Shown here: in pieces, positions 58,410-64,000 of the stretch
Layout of the letters: each line of letters begins with the position of its first letter
Numbering within the stretch: position 1 is the first letter of the stretch
Source of the DNA: Caulobacteraceae bacterium
GTDB taxonomy: Bacteria > Pseudomonadota > Alphaproteobacteria > Caulobacterales > Caulobacteraceae
Assembly (NCBI GenBank): GCA_025450315.1
Contig: JANWHQ010000159.1
Coordinates: 8,429 to 72,428 of the forward strand
DNA: 64,000 bases
Direction of reading: 5' to 3'
Program-made: the position numbers and the translations under genes
The notes under the pieces: model-generated
Seen by the model: the letters and a program-made list of their open reading frames with translations, nothing else
Told to the model about the DNA's origin: nothing
Database searches by the model: none

Positions 58410-58421
58410 ACAAACGATTGC
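58410..58421. promoter_or_regulatory. degenerate LacI-type operator-like site ACAAACGATTGC
   Basis: Lies in the divergent gap between tannase paralog 1 (ATG 58376) and the hydrolase gene (58483). It shares AAACGATTGCATGA with the site at 44572. Confidence 0.4.
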
Positions 58422-58482
58422 ATGAAGATTTAGCGGAGGTCCATGGGCGTGTACCCTGGGCCAGGAGCCTGGGGAGGCGAAC

Positions 58483-59478
58483 ATGATCGGACGTGTGATC
58501 CTTGGGGCCGCCGCGGGCGGCTGCCTGCTGGCCACGGCCTTGACCTGCGGGACGAGTCGGGCCCAGCCGGCGCCGCCGTCGGCGGACTTCCGGGCGGCCA
58601 TGGCGGCCTACGACAAGCTGCCCGACACGCCGGGCACGGGGCCGTTTCCGGCGATGAAGGCGGAGGATCCCGCGTTCCCGGGCCATGTGGTCTACCGCCC
58701 CGCGGACCTGGACCGGCTCGGCGGCCGCAAGCTGCCCATCGTGCTCTGGGGCAACGGCGGCTGCACCGACGATGCGGCGGCCGAACGGCTGTTCCTGGAG
58801 GAGATCGCCTCGCACGGCTACCTGCTGATCGCGCCGGGCGCCATCCTCTCCGGCCCGGGCGCGCCGCCCGCCCGTCCGGCCGCACCCCCGCCACCGCCGC
58901 CGCCCGCGGGGGCGCCGCGGCAGCCGCCGAAGCTCAGCGTCCGCACCACGACCGCCCAGATGGGGCAGGGGCTCGAACAGGCGCTCGCCGCCAACCGGGC
59001 GCCGGGCCCCTGGCACGACCGGCTGGACGAGAGCCGCGTCGCCGTCTCGGGCTATAGCTGCGGCGGCTTGCAGGCGCTGGCGCTGGCGGGCGATCCGCGG
59101 GTCAAGGCGGTGCTGATCCTCCACTCGGGCGTGTTCAATTCGGGAAGCCCGATCCAGGGCCTCCAGGTCGACAAGTCGGTGCTGAACACCCTGCACACGC
59201 CGGTGATCTACCTGCTGGGCGGGAAGACCGACATCGCCTGGCCGAACGGGACGGACGACTTCGCCCGCATCGACAAGGTCCCGGCGCTGCTGGCCAGCCA
59301 TGACGTCGGCCATGGCGGCACCTTCATGCAGCCCAACGGCGGGGCGGAGGCGCAGGTCGCGCGCGAATGGCTGGACTGGCAGCTGATGGGCGACGCCAAC
59401 GCCGGCAAGGCGTTCGTGGGCCCCGACTGCGGGCTCTGCCGCGATCCGCAGTGGACCGTGCAGCGCAAGGGCTTCTAG
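58483..59478 (+). CDS. exported alpha/beta hydrolase with an internal poly-Pro insertion
   Basis: 331-aa ORF with a signal peptide, the nucleophile elbow GYSCGG and a C-terminal His region (SHDVGHGG). It carries an unusual insert, PGAPPARPAAPPPPPPPAGAPRQPP. Confidence 0.75.
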   Translation: MIGRVILGAAAGGCLLATALTCGTSRAQPAPPSADFRAAMAAYDKLPDTPGTGPFPAMKAEDPAFPGHVVYRPADLDRLGGRKLPIVLWGNGGCTDDAAAERLFLEEIASHGYLLIAPGAILSGPGAPPARPAAPPPPPPPAGAPRQPPKLSVRTTTAQMGQGLEQALAANRAPGPWHDRLDESRVAVSGYSCGGLQALALAGDPRVKAVLILHSGVFNSGSPIQGLQVDKSVLNTLHTPVIYLLGGKTDIAWPNGTDDFARIDKVPALLASHDVGHGGTFMQPNGGAEAQVAREWLDWQLMGDANAGKAFVGPDCGLCRDPQWTVQRKGF

Positions 59479-59482
59479 GCCG

Positions 59483-61102
59483 ATGGGAGCAATCGCCGTG
59501 AGACTGCCGATCGTCCTCGCCCTGGCCTGGCTGGCCTGCGCCACGGCCGGCGCCGCCCAGGCGAGCGAAGCGGGCGACCGCTGCGCCGCCCTGAGGTCCT
59601 TCCCCTGGCCCAAGCTGCAGGTGGAGGCCGACCGCCTGGTCGCCGCGGGCCCGGCCGAGACGCCCCCCGGCGCGCCTGCGACGGCGCCCGTCGTGCTTCC
59701 CGAGCACTGCCTGTTCCGGGCGGTCATCTCGCCGCGGGTCTCCGCGGCGGGCCAACGGCTGGGCGTCGGCTTCGAACTGCGGCTTCCCACCGACTGGAAC
59801 GGCAGGTTCGTGTTCGAGGGCGGCGGCGGGCTGGACGGCGTGCTGAACCCGGCCCTGGGCGGGCTGGGCGGGCGCTCGCATCCGCCGGCGCTGGCGCAGG
59901 GATTCGCCGTCGTCACCACCGACGGAGGGCACCGGGGCGCCTCGCTGATGGACGCCCGCTTCGCCTTCGATCAGCAGGCGCGCATCGACTACGCCTACGG
60001 CGCGCTCGAGAAGACCACCTGGGCGGCCAAGGCGCTGATCCAGGCCTATTACGGCCGCGAGCCCGCCCATTCCTACTTCATCGGCTGCAGCAACGGCGGC
60101 CGCCAGGCCCTGATCGCCGCCGAACGGCTGCCGCTGGAGTTCGACGGCATCGTCGCGGGCGATCCGACTTTCCGTCTCGCCTGGACCAACGTCGACCAGG
60201 TCTGGAACGAGATCGTCCTGGCGCGCGGCGCACCCAGGGGGCCGGACGGCAGGCCAATCGTCAGCCGGACGCTTTCCGAGGGTGACCTGAAGCTCGTGGC
60301 GGATGCGGTGCTGCGCCAGTGCGATGGCTTGGACGGGCTGAAGGACGGGATGATCAACGACTTCCGCGCCTGCCGCTTCGACCCGGCGGTGCTGACCTGC
60401 AAGGGGGCCAAGACCGACCAGTGCCTCACCGTCCTTCAGGTGCGCACCCTGAAGGCTTTGATGGGCGGGCCGCACGACAGCCGGGGCCACGCGCTCTATG
60501 CCGCCTTCCCCTACGACACCGGCATCGGCGGAAGGGCCTTCCGCCAGATGCACTTCGGAAGTTCGGCCACGGGCGCGCTCGACGCGGCGGACGCAACCCT
60601 CGGCTTCGATTCCCTGCGCTATTACGCCTTCACCCCGCCCGATCCGTCGTTCGATCCCATGACCTTCGACTTCGACCGCGACACCGCGCGCGTGCTCCAG
60701 ACGTCCAAGCAGAACGACGCCGACGCAACTTTTCTCACCACCTTCGCAAAACGCGGCAAGCTGTTGCTTTACCATGGCCTTTCCGACCAGGGCCTGTCCC
60801 CGCTCGACACCGTCGCCTGGTACGGTCGCCTGGCCGCCACGACCGGCAGCGACACCTCGGCTTGGGCGAGGCTCTACCTTGTCCCCGGCATGACCCATTG
60901 CGCAGGCGGCCAGGCGACCGACGAGTTCGATGTGCTGAAGGCCATCCAGGCCTGGGTCGAGGACGGCGCGGCGCCCGACCGCATCGTCGCGCGCGGCAAG
61001 GCCTTCCCTGGAGTCACCCGCCCGCTCTGCCCATATCCCAAGGTGGCGCGCTATCAAGGGGGCGATCCGGCGAGCGAGAAGAGCTTCGCCTGCCGGGCGT
61101 AG
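59483..61102 (+). CDS. exported tannase/feruloyl esterase family hydrolase (paralog 2)
   Basis: 539-aa ORF starting 4 nt after the preceding gene. It has a signal peptide, GCSNGGRQ and PGMTHCAGG. It is collinear with 56781..58376 (about half of residues identical by eye). Confidence 0.9.
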   Translation: MGAIAVRLPIVLALAWLACATAGAAQASEAGDRCAALRSFPWPKLQVEADRLVAAGPAETPPGAPATAPVVLPEHCLFRAVISPRVSAAGQRLGVGFELRLPTDWNGRFVFEGGGGLDGVLNPALGGLGGRSHPPALAQGFAVVTTDGGHRGASLMDARFAFDQQARIDYAYGALEKTTWAAKALIQAYYGREPAHSYFIGCSNGGRQALIAAERLPLEFDGIVAGDPTFRLAWTNVDQVWNEIVLARGAPRGPDGRPIVSRTLSEGDLKLVADAVLRQCDGLDGLKDGMINDFRACRFDPAVLTCKGAKTDQCLTVLQVRTLKALMGGPHDSRGHALYAAFPYDTGIGGRAFRQMHFGSSATGALDAADATLGFDSLRYYAFTPPDPSFDPMTFDFDRDTARVLQTSKQNDADATFLTTFAKRGKLLLYHGLSDQGLSPLDTVAWYGRLAATTGSDTSAWARLYLVPGMTHCAGGQATDEFDVLKAIQAWVEDGAAPDRIVARGKAFPGVTRPLCPYPKVARYQGGDPASEKSFACRA

Positions 61103-61133
61103 GGCGCGCCCGGGCGAATTGAAGGAGAGCCCC

Positions 61134-62054
61134 ATGTCGGAAGCATTGCAGACCCTCGAACCGGCCCGGGGCGTGATCGTCGCGGGCCGGCCGATGCCGG
61201 AATTCCGCCATATCGGCGTGGAGCCGATCACCGGCGCTTGCGGCTGCGAGATCTCGGGCGTCGACATCTCCAGGCCGCTGACGCCCGAGGTGCTGGACGA
61301 GGTGATGAAGGCCTTCGAGTACTTCCTGGTCATCATGTTCCGCGACCAGACGCTGACGCCCGAACAGCACAAGGCCTTCTCGCGCTACTTCGGCGAGCTG
61401 ACCGAGCTGCCCCAGGCGCCGATCTTCCCCGGCCATCCCGACATGCAGGAGGTCCGCCGCGAGGCGCACGAGCCGGTCTCGGTGGTGCCCTTCACCCGCT
61501 TCCACACCGACAGTCCCTTCCTGCCGCGCCCGCCGCTGTGCATCTGCATGCACGCCCACGACGTGCCGAAGTACGGCGGCGACACCGCCTTCTCCAACAT
61601 GTTCCTGGCCTACGAGACCCTGTCGGAGGGCCTGCGCGAGACGCTGGACCGGCTGCAGGTGGTCTATTCCGGCAAGAGCATCTGGAAGGACAACGCCAAG
61701 AAGGACAAGGACCAGCAGCTGCGCCTGCGCGACGGCCACAGCTTCACCGAGGATCAGCTCGAGAGCATCCATCCGGCGGTGCGTCGCCACCCGGTCACCG
61801 GGCGCAAGGCGCTCTACGTCACCTCCGCCTATTTCAGGCGCTTCGCCGGCTGGAGCGAGGAGGACAGCCGCGGACTGCTGGACTATCTGCAGACCATTCC
61901 CCACCGCCTCCAGCTGCAATGCCGCATCCGCTGGAAGCCGGGGACCTTCATCGTCTGGGACAACCGCTTCCTCCAGCACTGCGGCGTCCACGACTACGAG
62001 AACGAACGGCGCCACCTGGTGCGCACGACCGTGATCGGGGAGAAGCCGATCTAG
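61134..62054 (+). CDS. TauD/TfdA family Fe(II)/2-oxoglutarate dioxygenase
   Basis: ATG at 61134 behind GAAGGAGAG (306 aa). It has RFHTDSPF (HxD) and a distal His/Arg region (..VWDNRFLQHCGVHDY..RRHLVRT). Confidence 0.88.
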   Translation: MSEALQTLEPARGVIVAGRPMPEFRHIGVEPITGACGCEISGVDISRPLTPEVLDEVMKAFEYFLVIMFRDQTLTPEQHKAFSRYFGELTELPQAPIFPGHPDMQEVRREAHEPVSVVPFTRFHTDSPFLPRPPLCICMHAHDVPKYGGDTAFSNMFLAYETLSEGLRETLDRLQVVYSGKSIWKDNAKKDKDQQLRLRDGHSFTEDQLESIHPAVRRHPVTGRKALYVTSAYFRRFAGWSEEDSRGLLDYLQTIPHRLQLQCRIRWKPGTFIVWDNRFLQHCGVHDYENERRHLVRTTVIGEKPI

Positions 62055-62180
62055 GATCCTTGGGCTGGCTTCAGCCAGGGGGCAATCGCTCGGCTTCCCC
62101 GCCGCGCGGGCCGGTCGCGCCGGACCGGATCGATCCGGCCTCCAGGACGAAGCGGCCTGCGGTCGCGCCCCTGGAGGCAC

Positions 62181-62199
62181 AATTCGCTGCACTATTTTC
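62181..62199 (+). promoter_or_regulatory. 19-bp motif AATTCGCTGCACTATTTTC, copy 1
   Basis: Identical 19-mer at 63627..63645. It lies 52 bp upstream of the MFS ORF start. Confidence 0.45.
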
Positions 62200-62250
62200 G
62201 CCCACGCGAACCGGCACGCTCCCCCCTTCGGCTCAGGGAAAAGGGGCGAC

Positions 62251-63603
62251 ATGCCGGAGCGGGAGCGGGAGCGTGGCGTGGCGGAGCGGGACGAATCCGA
62301 CTTCTCGCCGCGCAAGATGAGCATCGCGCTGGCGTGCCTGCTCGGCTCGACCTTCGTGCCCTTCGTCCAGGCGACCACCAGTCCATTCATGATGCTGCCG
62401 ATGATCAGGGACTTCGGATGGACGCGGACCGACTACGCCTTCGCGAGCACCTTCATGTTCGTGTTCGGGTCGATCACCGCCCTGGTGTTCGGGCGGGTGG
62501 CCGACCGGATTGGCGTGCGTCCGATCCTGCTGACGGGGGCGATCTTCGGCGGCGCGACCATGATCCTGTTGTCGTTCCAGAACGCCGAGCTCTGGCGGCT
62601 GTACGGGACCTACGCCCTGCTCGGGACCTTCGGATCCAGCGGCGTCGGCTACACCAAGGTGATCGGGTCGCTGTTCACGCGGCACCGCGGCAAGGCGCTC
62701 GCCCTGTTTGGCGCGGAATCTACGGTGGCGCTGGCGATCCTTCCCATTCTCACCAACACCCTGATCGCCGACTTCGGCTGGCGCGGGGCCTATGTGGCCT
62801 TTGGGCTGATCATGTTCTGCGTGGTTCCGGTCATCTATTTCGCAATCCCCGAACCGGGCGAGACGTCTCCTGCCTGGGCCAAGCGGCCTCTCTTACCGGC
62901 CGCCGCCAGACCGCCGATGCAGCCTCCGGTGCTGGAAGGGATGACGGCGGCCGAAGTCCGCGGAAGCCGCACGTTCTGGCTGATCGTATTGACCGCCGTC
63001 CTGATCGGAGGGCTCTACCAGGGCCTGATCACCCACATCGTCGCGGCCATCGTGGACAAGGGCTTCTCCTCGGCCGCCGCCGCGGGAGCCATGTCCGCAT
63101 CCACGCTCGTCGGCCTCGTCGGAGCCTTTGCAGGCGGATTCGCCCTCGACCATTTCCGGGGCCCAAAGGTCTTGTCGATCTTCGCGGGGCTCCTTGCCGT
63201 AGGTGTCTTTCTCCTGGGGATCCTCAGCGCATCGGCGGGCGGTCTGCCGCTGCTGATCGTGGCCACGGCCTTGCAGGGGGCTGCGATCTCGGCCATGCGG
63301 CCCGGGTTAACCTATCTCTTGACCAGGTTCTTCGGTCTGCGCGCTTTTGGCGAGGCCAACGCCATCCAGGTTGTCTTCTCGGGCCTGGCTATGGCGGCTT
63401 CACCGCCACTGTTCGGCGTCATCTACGACAGAGTGGGGTCCTACGCGCCGATGTATTGGATTCTGGCCGGTGGAGCGGCCGCGGCCGCGGTCGTCTTCTT
63501 GCTCCTGGGCCCCTATCGTTACGGATCCGGCGCAGGCGATCCATCGGATATGGCGGGCGATGCCGAGACGGGGGCTCTGACCGCCGCGTCCGCTCAATCC
63601 TGA
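62251..63603 (+). CDS. MFS transporter
   Basis: 450-aa ORF with about 12 TM segments and the loop motif GRVADRIGVRP. The true start may be the internal MSIALA. Confidence 0.85.
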   Translation: MPERERERGVAERDESDFSPRKMSIALACLLGSTFVPFVQATTSPFMMLPMIRDFGWTRTDYAFASTFMFVFGSITALVFGRVADRIGVRPILLTGAIFGGATMILLSFQNAELWRLYGTYALLGTFGSSGVGYTKVIGSLFTRHRGKALALFGAESTVALAILPILTNTLIADFGWRGAYVAFGLIMFCVVPVIYFAIPEPGETSPAWAKRPLLPAAARPPMQPPVLEGMTAAEVRGSRTFWLIVLTAVLIGGLYQGLITHIVAAIVDKGFSSAAAAGAMSASTLVGLVGAFAGGFALDHFRGPKVLSIFAGLLAVGVFLLGILSASAGGLPLLIVATALQGAAISAMRPGLTYLLTRFFGLRAFGEANAIQVVFSGLAMAASPPLFGVIYDRVGSYAPMYWILAGGAAAAAVVFLLLGPYRYGSGAGDPSDMAGDAETGALTAASAQS

Positions 63604-63626
63604 ACGTGGAGTTTCGGAAGCGACCG

Positions 63627-63645
63627 AATTCGCTGCACTATTTTC
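63627..63645 (+). promoter_or_regulatory. 19-bp motif AATTCGCTGCACTATTTTC, copy 2
   Basis: Identical to 62181..62199. It lies 123 bp upstream of the second TauD/TfdA-like gene. Confidence 0.45.
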
Positions 63646-63767
63646 TCGATCGTGATGCCGTCAGCCTGAGTTCGCCATGATCGTCGCCTGGCGTGGGCTG
63701 GTTGACGAGAGCGGAGGGGAGCGGCGCGTCGCGCGTGTGCTGGCGCGGAAGCAAGGCAGAGATCGTA

Positions 63768-64000
63768 ATGCAGATCAATCCACTCCACCCGCTGTTCGCC
63801 GCGGAAATCATTGGCTTGGACACCTCGGCTCCGGTCACGCCGGAGATCGTCGCCGCCGTAGAAGCGGCCATGGCCGAATACGCCGTCTGCGTCGTCCGCG
63901 ACGCCAACCTGGACGATCAGGATCAGATCCGCTTCAGCCGCGCCTTTGGTGAAATCGAGATGCCGCCAGGGGCCGAAGCGAGCCGTCGTCCCGGCGTCGC
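63768..64000 (+). CDS. TauD/TfdA family dioxygenase (partial, runs off the window)
   Basis: Open-ended frame, absent from the ORF track. My translation is MQINPLHPLFAAEIIGLDTSAPVTPEIVAAVEAAMAEYAVCVVRDANLDDQDQIRFSRAFGEIEMPPG, a typical TfdA/TauD N-terminal layout. Confidence 0.7.
   Translation, partial: MQINPLHPLFAAEIIGLDTSAPVTPEIVAAVEAAMAEYAVCVVRDANLDDQDQIRFSRAFGEIEMPPGAEASRRPGV

Noticed and set aside
62171-62199. Sigma-54 promoter reading of GGAGGCACAATTCGCTGCA in the first copy of the 19-bp motif.
   Set aside because: The GG-to-GC spacing does not fit the -24/-12 consensus (TGGCAC-N5-TTGC). The GGCAC part lies outside the repeated 19-mer and is absent from the second copy.

Overview
GC-rich window (roughly two-thirds G+C by eye) with alphaproteobacterial, Caulobacterales-like gene content. 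That taxonomic read comes from gene content only and is not verifiable here. There are no rRNA genes, CRISPR arrays or prophage/integrase genes.

**Layout**
- **1-29.3 kb, housekeeping backbone:** GNAT (partial), dienelactone hydrolase, lldD, cobT, secG, pyrG, rplM-rpsI, argC, gloA, phaC, aminotransferase-hom-glpX-recJ, tRNA-Glu, a two-domain cold-shock protein, tRNA-Pro, an NDUFS4-like gene, tRNA-Arg, a cysK-like/sseA/metC sulfur operon, kdsA, an aldehyde dehydrogenase and radC.
- **29,330-32,369, mobile element:** a 3,040-bp IS1595-family element with 25-bp terminal inverted repeats and a perfect 8-bp target-site duplication. Besides its transposase it carries a visibly lower-GC four-gene cargo operon: a MerR-HTH::DUF433 fusion, a DUF5615 PIN-like nuclease and two small proteins. 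It splits the radC divergent promoter region.
- **32.4-39.6 kb, housekeeping:** DUF1801, map, sfsA, an amino-acid permease, a cyclophilin, queA-tgt and tRNA-Lys.
- **39.7-43.4 kb:** a four-His carotenoid/stilbene-type oxygenase with NTF2-like and DUF3237 genes.
- **43.5-64 kb, accessory catabolic region:** the core is a LacI regulator, a TonB-dependent receptor, an MFS transporter and a cytoplasmic amylosucrase (a sucrose-type set). Eight signal-peptide-bearing serine hydrolases from about five families are packed around it. Six LacI-type palindromes sit in its intergenic gaps. A decayed ROK-kinase remnant follows the amylosucrase. TauD/TfdA dioxygenase and MFS genes at the end share a 19-bp upstream repeat.

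**Leads I consider most worth follow-up**
- The cargo-carrying IS1595 element with its MerR-DUF433/PIN module.
- The LacI-wired exported-esterase plus sucrose-type locus, which may be a sugar-ester utilisation system. That function is a hypothesis.

Many long ORFs in the supplied track are antisense shadow ORFs typical of high-GC DNA, and I ignored them.
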